Below are positions 41,308-50,130 of a DNA stretch of 53,944 bases, in pieces. The notes under the pieces are model-generated. The model saw only the letters and a list, made by a program, of their open reading frames with translations, was not told the DNA's origin and did no database searches. Positions within the stretch are counted from its first letter, which is position 1; every line of letters begins with the position of its first letter. Source of the DNA: Alphaproteobacteria bacterium (GTDB taxonomy: Bacteria; Pseudomonadota; Alphaproteobacteria; Puniceispirillales; Marisalimonadaceae); contig JADHRC010000001.1 in NCBI GenBank assembly GCA_016777645.1, forward strand, positions 1 to 53,944, in the 5' to 3' direction. A program made the position numbers and the translations under genes.

Positions 41308-41519
41308 CGAAAAAGAGACAAATTATTCTATAATTTTTTTTATTTAATAAAATAATAGATTAATTTTCTAAAATATTTTTTTTTGCAGAAATTTATTTTC
41401 TTAAAATTTTTTTTGAATAATGGTTTAGTAATATACAATTTTTAATAATTGAACTATTTTATATACAGTCATATTAATTGTAATAGAAATAGAATTTTAT
41501 TTTTAAACTAAAGAAAAAA

Positions 41520-43040
41520 ATGATAGATATGCAACTTGCAGATAACCCCATTACAAAAATCCTCAATAAAAAACTTAAACTTAAAAATTTTGAGAATTTA
41601 AGCGAGCTTGTTAATAAAAGAGACCGTTTAAAAAATTTTCAGTTTAACTTTGAAGATCTCATAGTTGATATTACAAGACAATCATTAGATGAAGATGTTA
41701 GAAATGACCTAATTGAGCTGGCAAAATTTGCAAATATAAAGGAGAAAATCCAAGACTTAGTGAATAGTTCCAAGATCAATTATTCTGAGAATAGATCCGT
41801 TGACCATTTTCAACTTAGACAAAAAGAGAGATTTAATTCATCTGAATGGCAAAAATTATCAACCTTTTCAAATAAAGTATTAAATAACAAAAAATTTAAT
41901 TATGTAGTAAACATAGGAATTGGAGGTTCTGATCTAGGTCCCTTAATGATTAATGAGGCTCTCAAAGACTTTCATATTGGACCAAAAATATATTATGTTT
42001 CTAACGTAGACCCAGTTAACATTAAAGATGTCCTTACAGAATGTAATCCTCTCAACACATTATTTATTATAACTTCTAAAAGTTTTAGCACATTAGAAAC
42101 CCTTGAAAATGCACTGATAGCAAAAAAATGGCTTTTAAATGCAGGTAAATCTATGAATGAAGCTATGGTTGCTATCACTTCTTCAACAAAAAAAGCTACT
42201 GAATGGGGATTTGAAGAATTTAATATTTTCTCCCTATCCGAAAATGTTGGTGGAAGATATTCGTTATGGTCTTCTGTAGGAATGCCAATTTTACTATCTA
42301 TAGGAGAAAAAAATTTTAGAGAATTCTTAAGTGGTGCTCATTCAATGGATGATCATTTTTTCAATGAAAATATTGAAAAGAATATACCAATAATATTAGC
42401 ATTGTTAAGAATATGGAATAGAAACTTTCTTAATAGAAATAGCCATTGTATCGTTCCTTACAGTCACAGGCTTAAAATACTACCTGCATGGGCTCAACAA
42501 TTAGAAATGGAAAGTAATGGAAAAAGTGTTGATATTAATAATAAAAAGTTAATCATGCCTGCGAGCCCTATAATCTGGGGAGAAACCGGTACCAATGCTC
42601 AACACAGCTTCTTTCAGTTTATTCATCAAGGTTTAGATATTGTACCATTAGATATTTTATTACCCAGAAACCCTTCTAGTTATATTAACTTTGAAAAAAT
42701 AAATCAAAACCACAAATTACTAGTGATAAATGCAATAGCACAAGCCGAAACGCTAGCAATGGGTTCATATAACAAAAATGACCTAAATAAAAATTTTTCT
42801 GGTGGTAGACCTTCAACTATTATTAGTTGGGAATATAATACTCCTTATTCTATTGGACGATTAATAGCTCTTTATGAAAACATTACCATTGCATCAGGTT
42901 TTATATGGAATATTAATAGCTTTGATCAATGGGGTGTAGAACTAGGGAAAAATTTGGCTTCAAAAATAATAGACCATAACCAAAATACGCCTCTATCTCC
43001 ATCTGCAAAAGATTTTTTATCAAAATATAATGGAAAATAA
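41520..43040 (+). CDS. pgi: Glucose-6-phosphate isomerase
   Basis: NIGIGGSDLGP, SKSFST.ET, VGGRYSLWS, QQLEMESNGK, QHSFFQ, SFDQWGVELGK. Confidence 0.95.
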   Translation: MIDMQLADNPITKILNKKLKLKNFENLSELVNKRDRLKNFQFNFEDLIVDITRQSLDEDVRNDLIELAKFANIKEKIQDLVNSSKINYSENRSVDHFQLRQKERFNSSEWQKLSTFSNKVLNNKKFNYVVNIGIGGSDLGPLMINEALKDFHIGPKIYYVSNVDPVNIKDVLTECNPLNTLFIITSKSFSTLETLENALIAKKWLLNAGKSMNEAMVAITSSTKKATEWGFEEFNIFSLSENVGGRYSLWSSVGMPILLSIGEKNFREFLSGAHSMDDHFFNENIEKNIPIILALLRIWNRNFLNRNSHCIVPYSHRLKILPAWAQQLEMESNGKSVDINNKKLIMPASPIIWGETGTNAQHSFFQFIHQGLDIVPLDILLPRNPSSYINFEKINQNHKLLVINAIAQAETLAMGSYNKNDLNKNFSGGRPSTIISWEYNTPYSIGRLIALYENITIASGFIWNINSFDQWGVELGKNLASKIIDHNQNTPLSPSAKDFLSKYNGK

Positions 43041-43850
43041 CATTTTTACAGACGTAAAGATTAAAAAAATACCAAAAATAATCTTTAATAATCTTTGATT
43101 AATTCGATGAGCAAACTTTACACCAATGGGCGCAAAAAAAACTGTTAATGGAAACATTATAAAAAAAGCAATTAAATTTACATAACCTATACTCATAGGG
43201 GGCCTATTGGGAACATCAAATCCAGAGAAAGCTAAACCTATTGTGGCAGGGATTGCAATAAACAAACCTAAGGCAGCTGCTGTTCCTATTGCTTTATGTA
43301 TGGGAACTGACAAAGCAACAAGTGTTGGAACACCTAAAGTGCCTGCTCCTACACCCATAAGAGAAGAAACAAATCCAATAACAGAGGAAATAATAACATT
43401 AATAATTTTAAATTTTGGTAAACTTTTCCCTAATTTAATTGGCTCTTTCAAAAACATATTTAAAGCAACTACAAATGCAATAGATGCAAATAGATATTTC
43501 AATTCATTCGCACTAAAATATTTACCCGCAAGCCCACCAATAATTGCCCCTAGAAAAATTCCACCCCCCCATTTTTTTATGATATCTATTTCCATTGAAC
43601 CTTTTAAGTAATGAGCCCTAGCTGATGAGATTGATGTTGGTATAATTGTCGCTAATGATGAACCAATTGCCATATGCATAAGGATTTCATTAGGAAAATT
43701 TAAAGATGTAAAAATCCAAAATAAAATTGGGACAATAACAATTCCTCCACCAACTCCAAATAATCCTGCTATAAGACCGCCAACCACACCTGTAATTAGT
43801 AGACCCAAAAAGTAAACTAATAGTTCTTGAAATAAAATATCATTTGGCAA
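43020..43850 (-). CDS. TauE/SafE (TSUP) family anion exporter
   Basis: GLFGVGGGIVIVP, AIGSSLA, repeated LMGVGAG..VP, AIGTAA; about 8 TMs. Confidence 0.88.
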   Translation of the reverse strand: MPNDILFQELLVYFLGLLITGVVGGLIAGLFGVGGGIVIVPILFWIFTSLNFPNEILMHMAIGSSLATIIPTSISSARAHYLKGSMEIDIIKKWGGGIFLGAIIGGLAGKYFSANELKYLFASIAFVVALNMFLKEPIKLGKSLPKFKIINVIISSVIGFVSSLMGVGAGTLGVPTLVALSVPIHKAIGTAAALGLFIAIPATIGLAFSGFDVPNRPPMSIGYVNLIAFFIMFPLTVFFAPIGVKFAHRINQRLLKIIFGIFLIFTSVKMLFSIIF

Positions 43851-43936
43851 AGTTAAATCTCTTTATAATTAATTGGAAAGGTAAAATAAAAATCTCTTAT
43901 TATTCAGAAAGAAAATTATTACAAGAGAAATTTAGA

Positions 43937-43966
43937 TTGCACTTTGAAAATTTAAATTGTTAAATT
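43937..43966 (+). promoter_or_regulatory. Candidate sigma70 promoter of the acyl-CoA ligase/PanE-like operon
   Basis: TTGCAC-N18-TAAATT with an extended -10 TG, 26 nt upstream of the ATG at 43993. Confidence 0.4.
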
Positions 43967-43992
43967 GAATTTAGATAATTTGAGATTTTAAA

Positions 43993-45495
43993 ATGACAAA
44001 AACTATTAGAAATTTTATTAATAAAAATCAGGATAGTGAAATTGCCATTACATCAGACAATGATCAAAAGATAACTTTTAAAGCTCTCAAAAAACATATT
44101 TATGATATATCAGGACAATTATCTAGTCATGGTATTAGAAAAAATAATAGGGCAGTAATTGTTTTACCTAATGGCCCAGAAATGGCCACAGCTTTCCTAG
44201 CTATTTCAAGTTATATGTCAGCTGCCCCCCTAAATCCTTCATACAAATTAAACGAATACGAATTTTATTTAGAAGATTTAAAGCCAAAAATTGTTATAGT
44301 TGAGAAAAACTCTTCTAACCCAGTAATTGAAGCAGCTAAAAAGTTAAAAATTGAAATATGTGAAATCAAACATATTGAGGGACAACCAAAAGGAATTTTT
44401 AACCTATATAATTCATCTTCTAGTTTTGAGTTTTCAGACGAAAATGATGAAGCTCTAGTACTCCATACTTCTGGAACAACATCAAGACCAAAAGTCGTAC
44501 CTCTTACAAATAAAAATATTTTTTCTTCTTCTTTTAATATTTCAAGGTCTCTAAAATTGAACCCTGATGATCATTGCTACAACATTATGCCTCTTTTTCA
44601 CATTCATGGATTAATTGCAATTTTGTGTTCATCTATTTTTGCAGGTGCTTCTGTTCACGCTAGTACAGGTTTTAATGCATTAAATTTTTTAGATCAGGCC
44701 AAAAAAGAAAATATAACATGGTATTCGGGTGTTCCTACTATGCATCAGGGAATATTATTACGTGCCAAAAAAAATGTTGAACTTGCACAAAGTTTATCAC
44801 TTAGATTTATAAGATCATCATCCGCTTCTTTACCTCCTGCTGTATTTGAAGAATTAAAAGATGTCTTTAAAACTACAGTCATTGAAGCCTATGGTATGAC
44901 AGAAGCATCCCACCAAATGACATCCAATCCATTGCCTCCTGAAAAACAAAAAGCTGGTTTTGTTGGGAAACCCGCAGGTCCAGAGGTATGTATTATGGAT
45001 GCTGCTGGTATTATCCAAACTAATGGGGTTGAGGGAGAAGTTTGTATCAGAGGAGATAATGTAACTAAAGGTTATGAGAATAATGAAGAAGCAAATAAAT
45101 CATCATTTATAAATGGATGGTTTAGAACTGGTGATCAAGGATTTTTCGACAATGATGGTTATTTAAAAATATCTGGAAGATTAAAAGAAATAATAAATAG
45201 AGGAGGAGAAAAGATTTCTCCTTTAGAAATTGATAATATTTTAATGGAACATGAGGCTGTTGAACAAGTAGTAACGTTTGGTGTTAAAGACAAAATGCTT
45301 GGAGAAGTTATAGGTGTAGCAATAGTCGTCAAAAAGGGAATTGAGTGCACAGATACTGAAATTAAAAATTATGCCAGGATGCATTTAGCAGATTTCAAGG
45401 TACCTAAGCATATTTGTTTCTTAGACGAAATTCCTAAAGGCGCCACAGGCAAAATGCAAAGAATTGGCCTTGCCCAAAAACTTGGCCTAGAGTAG
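43993..45495 (+). CDS. Acyl-CoA synthetase, oxalate--CoA ligase (AAE3/Pcs60/Oxs)-like
   Basis: LHTSGTTSRPKVVPL, MPLFHIHGL, WYSGVPTMHQ, RFIRSSSASL, EAYGMTEASHQMTSNPLP, INRGGEKISP.E, TGKMQR. Confidence 0.85.
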   Translation: MTKTIRNFINKNQDSEIAITSDNDQKITFKALKKHIYDISGQLSSHGIRKNNRAVIVLPNGPEMATAFLAISSYMSAAPLNPSYKLNEYEFYLEDLKPKIVIVEKNSSNPVIEAAKKLKIEICEIKHIEGQPKGIFNLYNSSSSFEFSDENDEALVLHTSGTTSRPKVVPLTNKNIFSSSFNISRSLKLNPDDHCYNIMPLFHIHGLIAILCSSIFAGASVHASTGFNALNFLDQAKKENITWYSGVPTMHQGILLRAKKNVELAQSLSLRFIRSSSASLPPAVFEELKDVFKTTVIEAYGMTEASHQMTSNPLPPEKQKAGFVGKPAGPEVCIMDAAGIIQTNGVEGEVCIRGDNVTKGYENNEEANKSSFINGWFRTGDQGFFDNDGYLKISGRLKEIINRGGEKISPLEIDNILMEHEAVEQVVTFGVKDKMLGEVIGVAIVVKKGIECTDTEIKNYARMHLADFKVPKHICFLDEIPKGATGKMQRIGLAQKLGLE

Positions 45496-45504
45496 GACCC
45501 TGTA

Positions 45505-46521
45505 ATGACTAAAATTTGTATTTTTGGAGCTGGAGCCATTGGAGGTTATCTTGGTTGTAATTTGTCAAGGGCTGGCGCGAATGTATCTTTAGTGGCAAGA
45601 GGTCCTCATAAAGAAGCTATTGAAAAAAATGGGTTAATGTTAATTTCAGATGATAGCCAAGAGAAGTTTGATTTAACAGTCTCAGACAATACTAAAGAAT
45701 TGGAAAAACAAGATTATGTTATAATAGCGGTAAAAGCTCATGCAATTCATTCAATTGTAGAAGATTTAATGCCTCTTTTGCACTGTAATACCACCATTTT
45801 ATCAGCTGTAAACGGTTTGCCATGGTGGTATTTTTATCAATCAAACTCAAATACAATATTAGAAAATTCTCATATTAATTCTGTAGACCCAGATGGAGTA
45901 ATCTGGAAAACCTTAAATCCTAAAAGAGCGCTTGGTTGTGTTGTTTATCCTGCATGTGAGATTGAAAGACCTGGAGTTATTAAACATATAGAAGGAAATA
46001 GATTTAGTCTTGGAGAGCCTAATGGATCACACTCAGAAAGGTTAAAAATTTTGTCAGATCTTTTTATTAAAGGTGGACTAAAAGCACCACAGAAAAAAAA
46101 TTTGAGAGATGAAATTTGGATTAAACTTTGGGGAAATTGTTCTTTTAATCCTATAAGTGCTCTAACAGGTGCAAGTCTGGACATAATTGGGAATGATCCA
46201 AGTACAAGAAATTTAGTTAGACAAATGATGGAGGAATGTCAAAAAGTTGGAGAAGCGATTGGTGTTAAATTTAACGTGTCTATTGAAAATAGGATAAATG
46301 GAGCTACTTCAATAAAAGGTCACAAGCCCTCTACAAGACAAGATATAGAAATGAAAAGACCCTTAGAAATAGATCCAATTATGAGTGCTATTATTGAAAT
46401 AGCTAATAAACTTAATATCCAAGTACCAAACATAAAACACATTAATGCTTTACTAAAATTAAAAGCTGACTATCTGAATTTATATAAAAGGAATGAAATT
46501 ATAGAAAAATTAACAATTTAA
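45505..46521 (+). CDS. Ketopantoate reductase-family oxidoreductase, PanE2-like (putative oxalyl-CoA reductase)
   Basis: GAGAIGG, AVKAH, subfamily insert NGLPWWYFY..DPDG, GCVVYPA, IWIKLWGN..FNPISALT, S.RQD..RPLEID. Confidence 0.82.
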   Translation: MTKICIFGAGAIGGYLGCNLSRAGANVSLVARGPHKEAIEKNGLMLISDDSQEKFDLTVSDNTKELEKQDYVIIAVKAHAIHSIVEDLMPLLHCNTTILSAVNGLPWWYFYQSNSNTILENSHINSVDPDGVIWKTLNPKRALGCVVYPACEIERPGVIKHIEGNRFSLGEPNGSHSERLKILSDLFIKGGLKAPQKKNLRDEIWIKLWGNCSFNPISALTGASLDIIGNDPSTRNLVRQMMEECQKVGEAIGVKFNVSIENRINGATSIKGHKPSTRQDIEMKRPLEIDPIMSAIIEIANKLNIQVPNIKHINALLKLKADYLNLYKRNEIIEKLTI

Positions 46522-46857
46522 ATTTTCAAAAGGATTATTTCCTTTTTTGTCTTCAATCTCTACAACCCAACAATCTCTATCTCTAGATATTTCTCTTAAA
46601 ATTCTTTTGTCAATATCAATAGCCGACACCATTTTATTTGGATATAGATCTTGAAAACTTATGGTATGAACATTTTTATCAAAATTAAAGGTAAAGTTCC
46701 TAATAAATAATTTAGCATTTCCATCTAGAGTATCAATTTTTATATAAATAGCTCCAGCATCACTATTACCTCTTTTAGTAACGTAGGCATTTGTAAAATT
46801 ATTTTCAGCTAAACGAATACCAGCATTGATTATAATTTCTGACTTTAATTCATTCAT
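46510..46857 (-). CDS. DUF1491 family protein
   Basis: LKSE...A..R, RG..DAGAIYIK, RE...D.D.WVVEIED..G. Confidence 0.82.
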   Translation of the reverse strand: MNELKSEIIINAGIRLAENNFTNAYVTKRGNSDAGAIYIKIDTLDGNAKLFIRNFTFNFDKNVHTISFQDLYPNKMVSAIDIDKRILREISRDRDCWVVEIEDKKGNNPFENLNC

Positions 46858-46885
46858 GATATTAAAATTTCAATATAAGATTAAA

Positions 46886-47050
46886 TTAAAAATCAGAACA
46901 CCTACCTGATTTTTCCCAATCCCCATACCTTGTAGGTTCAGGACCTTTAGGTCCGCCTTCCTCTTTTGGAAAATCTATTTCGTTTGATGTTTTTTGAAAG
47001 TCATCATTTTTACTTGGAAGTTTGTTAGTGCTTGTCACATCTTTTTTCAT
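46886..47050 (-). CDS. DUF1674 / succinate dehydrogenase assembly factor 4 (SDHAF4) homologue (54 aa; absent from the ORF track)
   Basis: Hand translation ends EEGGPKGPEPTRYGDWEKSGRCSDF*, the DUF1674 signature. Confidence 0.9.
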   Translation of the reverse strand: MKKDVTSTNKLPSKNDDFQKTSNEIDFPKEEGGPKGPEPTRYGDWEKSGRCSDF

Positions 47051-47129
47051 TATAAATTACTTTCTTATAGCCAAACTTTACCTGTTATATATCATATTTA
47101 ATATTAAAAACAAATAAAAGGCGTCTATT

Positions 47130-48509
47130 TTGAAATCTCTTAAAATGTCTGAAAAAATAAAGGGAAGTGTAAAAAATACCAGATTAATTGCTATAAATAT
47201 ATGGATACTTATTTTTTATAAGCATAAAAAAATTGACAACATTTTGAACACATCCTTTGATTTCAAAAAATTAGATGCCAGAGACAAATCTTTTTTATAT
47301 CTTCTTCTTAACACTGCAATGCGACGTCATAAACAAGCTGAATATATTTATAATCAATATTCAAATTTTGGAATAAATAAAAAGAATAGATTTCTAAATA
47401 CAATATTAACAATTGCCACGATTCAAATAGTTTGGCTTAACATAGCACCCCACGCTGTTTTAAATGAAGCAGTTGAACATTCTAGAAAGCTCCTTGGAGA
47501 GAAACAATCAAAACTAGTCAATGCTATTCTAAGAAAGATAGTATCCCACGTAGATGAATGTAAAAAATTTATGCCTAATAGTATTTATAATTTGCCAGAA
47601 TGGCTTTTAAATAGCTGGACATCTGCTTACGGCGAAGAAAACGTAAAGGAAATAGTTGAAATAGCGATGAAGCCTCCACCCCTTGATATTATGGTTTCAA
47701 GTAATATAAATAAAAATCAACTAGAAAAAATAAAATCAGAAGTTCGAGGAATAGAAATTTTCCCTAATTTAATCAGATCTTCAATCAACAAACCAGTTGA
47801 GAACATACCCTATTATTTTGAGGGAGTTTGGTGGATACAAGACGCAGCATCACAAATAGCTTGTAATTTATTATTATCAAAAATAAAAAAAATTTTTTCT
47901 CAAAAAATTAGCTCTATCAATGTTTTAGATATGTGTTGTGCTCCAGGAGGTAAAACTGCTCAACTATTAGATTATAAGCTGAATGTAGTAAGCATTGAAA
48001 AAAGTAAATTTAGAAGCAAAGAATTTTTGAGGAATATGCAAAGATTAAAATTTAAACCTGAGTTAATTAATATTGAAGCAGAACATTATAAACCAAAAAA
48101 AAACTATGATGTTATTTTGATTGATGCACCTTGCTCTTCAACTGGAACTATAAGAAAAAATCCAGATATATTTATTAAACCTCCACCCAAAAATTTAGAT
48201 TTATTGACTTCTATGCAAGATAATATCCTAAAAAATGCGAGCGGAATATTAAATAAAAATGGACTAATAATGTATATAACTTGTTCACTACAGAAAATTG
48301 AAGGAGAAAGAAGAATAGAGAAATTTTTAGAAGAAAACAAAAATTTTTCAGTTATACCTTTTTTAAATAATGATTATCCTCAAATAGAGAAATGCATCAC
48401 TACTGAGGGTTTTATTAGAATTCTACCAAATTATTTTAATTTCAATTGTAAAGATGCTATCAATGGTTCAGATGGTTTCTTTATAGCCTTGTTGAAAATG
48501 GACGAATAA
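47130..48509 (+). CDS. rsmB: RsmB/NOL1/NOP2/Sun family RNA m5C methyltransferase with NusB-like N-terminus
   Basis: LVNAILR, WWIQD.AS, DMCCAPGGKT, DAPCSSTGT.RKNPD, TCSL, DGFF. Confidence 0.88.
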   Translation: MKSLKMSEKIKGSVKNTRLIAINIWILIFYKHKKIDNILNTSFDFKKLDARDKSFLYLLLNTAMRRHKQAEYIYNQYSNFGINKKNRFLNTILTIATIQIVWLNIAPHAVLNEAVEHSRKLLGEKQSKLVNAILRKIVSHVDECKKFMPNSIYNLPEWLLNSWTSAYGEENVKEIVEIAMKPPPLDIMVSSNINKNQLEKIKSEVRGIEIFPNLIRSSINKPVENIPYYFEGVWWIQDAASQIACNLLLSKIKKIFSQKISSINVLDMCCAPGGKTAQLLDYKLNVVSIEKSKFRSKEFLRNMQRLKFKPELINIEAEHYKPKKNYDVILIDAPCSSTGTIRKNPDIFIKPPPKNLDLLTSMQDNILKNASGILNKNGLIMYITCSLQKIEGERRIEKFLEENKNFSVIPFLNNDYPQIEKCITTEGFIRILPNYFNFNCKDAINGSDGFFIALLKMDE

Positions 48510-48514
48510 TTTTT

Positions 48515-50059
48515 ATGTTTAATTTTTTAGATTTAATTACAAATAATCATTTTCTTAAACAAAAACTCAAAATAGACACTTTCAACTCACCTGTTAGAAG
48601 ACTGACAGATAATTGGCAAGGAATATCAATTACTGGACAAAAGATTTTAAACGGGAAAATTAATCTGAAACTAACTAATAGTTTTAGTAAATTTAATTTT
48701 TTAAGAGATTTAAAATCTGAGGGTAGCATTAAAGCAAGATCATTAGCTCGTTCATTGGTAGATGACTGGATAAATCAAAATATAAATCTTAGGTCAAAAG
48801 ATTTTAATTCAGATATAATGGCAGAAAGAGTTGCTTGCTGGTGTTTTAATTATTCATGGTTTGGTGAGAGTGGTGAGTTAAATTTTCAAAAAAAAGTTTT
48901 AAATTCAATTGCATTTCAAACAAAATTTTTAGAACTAAAACTTAAAGAAACAAACACTTCATTTAATAAAATTCTTATCATCAAAGCTATAATTGTAGCA
49001 AAATCTATTTTATACGATGAAGTTGATGAAATAAATGAACTTTTAGAGACGATAAACAAATCACTAGATTTATTAATCAATCCTGACGGAGGCCATATTT
49101 CTAGAAACCCTGCTAAACAATTATTTTTATTAAGACAATTAGTTGAAATTAGGTCAGTTGTAGCGATTTTGAAAAATATAAATGCTGAAAATTTGCATAA
49201 CCAAACCATTAAAATGGGACAATTCTGCAGAAGCTTTCAAATGCCAGATGAAAATTTTTCTTGGTTTCATGGTGGAAGCTTAATAGAAAAGCATTTGATA
49301 AAACAAACTTTAAATAGAATTGGTTATAAAAACAGAATTTTTAATATAGCTAATGATACTGGCTATTGCAGATTATCTTGTAATGAAACGGTTGTATTTG
49401 CAGATATTGGTCTTCATAAAAAATTGTCTTCTGATTCTAAGGCAAGTCTATTTGCCTTTGAACTTTTTTACAAAAAAGAAAAACTTATTTCTAATTTAGG
49501 AGATATAAAAGCTTCTAATATAAAAAGTATGCGTGACTCCTTAGCCTCTTCTGCAGCTCACTCAACGTTAAATATAGATGATCGTAATAATGTTGATCTT
49601 ACTGGTAAAAGAAAAACTAAAGTATTTGATTTAAGATATGGCAAAACTAAAGAAGGCAGCTTAATAGATGCTACACATTCAGGCTATGGAACGATCTATG
49701 GTGTTAATCATCAAAGACAGATCTGTGTATCTCAAATGAAAAATGAAGTTAAAGGTAAGGATAAAATTATTAGCGTTGGGAATGTAGGGACAATTCCAAA
49801 AAATGCATATATACGTTTCCATATTTGCCCAGACATTGAACTTATAAAGACAAGGAATGGTTCAATTTTATTAAAGCACCTAAAAGGTTTTGTTTGGAAA
49901 ATGACTGCAAGCAACGACAATATTAGCATCCAAGACTCAGTCATGTTTGGACCAAATGGTCCTATACAATGCAAAGAAATAATGATTATAATGAGACTTG
50001 AAACAATTAGAGCTCATAAATCCATATCATGCGATTGGGCATTCCAACTCCAAAGTTAA
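48515..50059 (+). CDS. Heparinase II/III-like family protein (divergent)
   Basis: DGGHISRNP, FHGG, FEL, S.AAHSTL, H.GY...YG..HQR, IRFH..P; sits between rsmB and purH as in other alphaproteobacteria. Confidence 0.78.
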   Translation: MFNFLDLITNNHFLKQKLKIDTFNSPVRRLTDNWQGISITGQKILNGKINLKLTNSFSKFNFLRDLKSEGSIKARSLARSLVDDWINQNINLRSKDFNSDIMAERVACWCFNYSWFGESGELNFQKKVLNSIAFQTKFLELKLKETNTSFNKILIIKAIIVAKSILYDEVDEINELLETINKSLDLLINPDGGHISRNPAKQLFLLRQLVEIRSVVAILKNINAENLHNQTIKMGQFCRSFQMPDENFSWFHGGSLIEKHLIKQTLNRIGYKNRIFNIANDTGYCRLSCNETVVFADIGLHKKLSSDSKASLFAFELFYKKEKLISNLGDIKASNIKSMRDSLASSAAHSTLNIDDRNNVDLTGKRKTKVFDLRYGKTKEGSLIDATHSGYGTIYGVNHQRQICVSQMKNEVKGKDKIISVGNVGTIPKNAYIRFHICPDIELIKTRNGSILLKHLKGFVWKMTASNDNISIQDSVMFGPNGPIQCKEIMIIMRLETIRAHKSISCDWAFQLQS

Positions 50060-50130
50060 ATTTCAGTTGACTTAAATTAGCAAAAGAAACTATTCCAATT
50101 AATAAATTTTAAAGAAAGAATAATAATAAA

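Noticed and set aside
41252-41519. 268-bp extremely AT-rich spacer as a possible SAM riboswitch, sRNA or replication origin
   Set aside because: No GC-containing stems, no SAM-II/SAM-V consensus and no DnaA boxes seen; explained by divergent metY and pgi promoters.
45505-46521. Calling the reductase the pantothenate-pathway panE
   Set aside because: It has the PWWYF insert subfamily signature and is coupled to an acyl-CoA ligase rather than to panBC.
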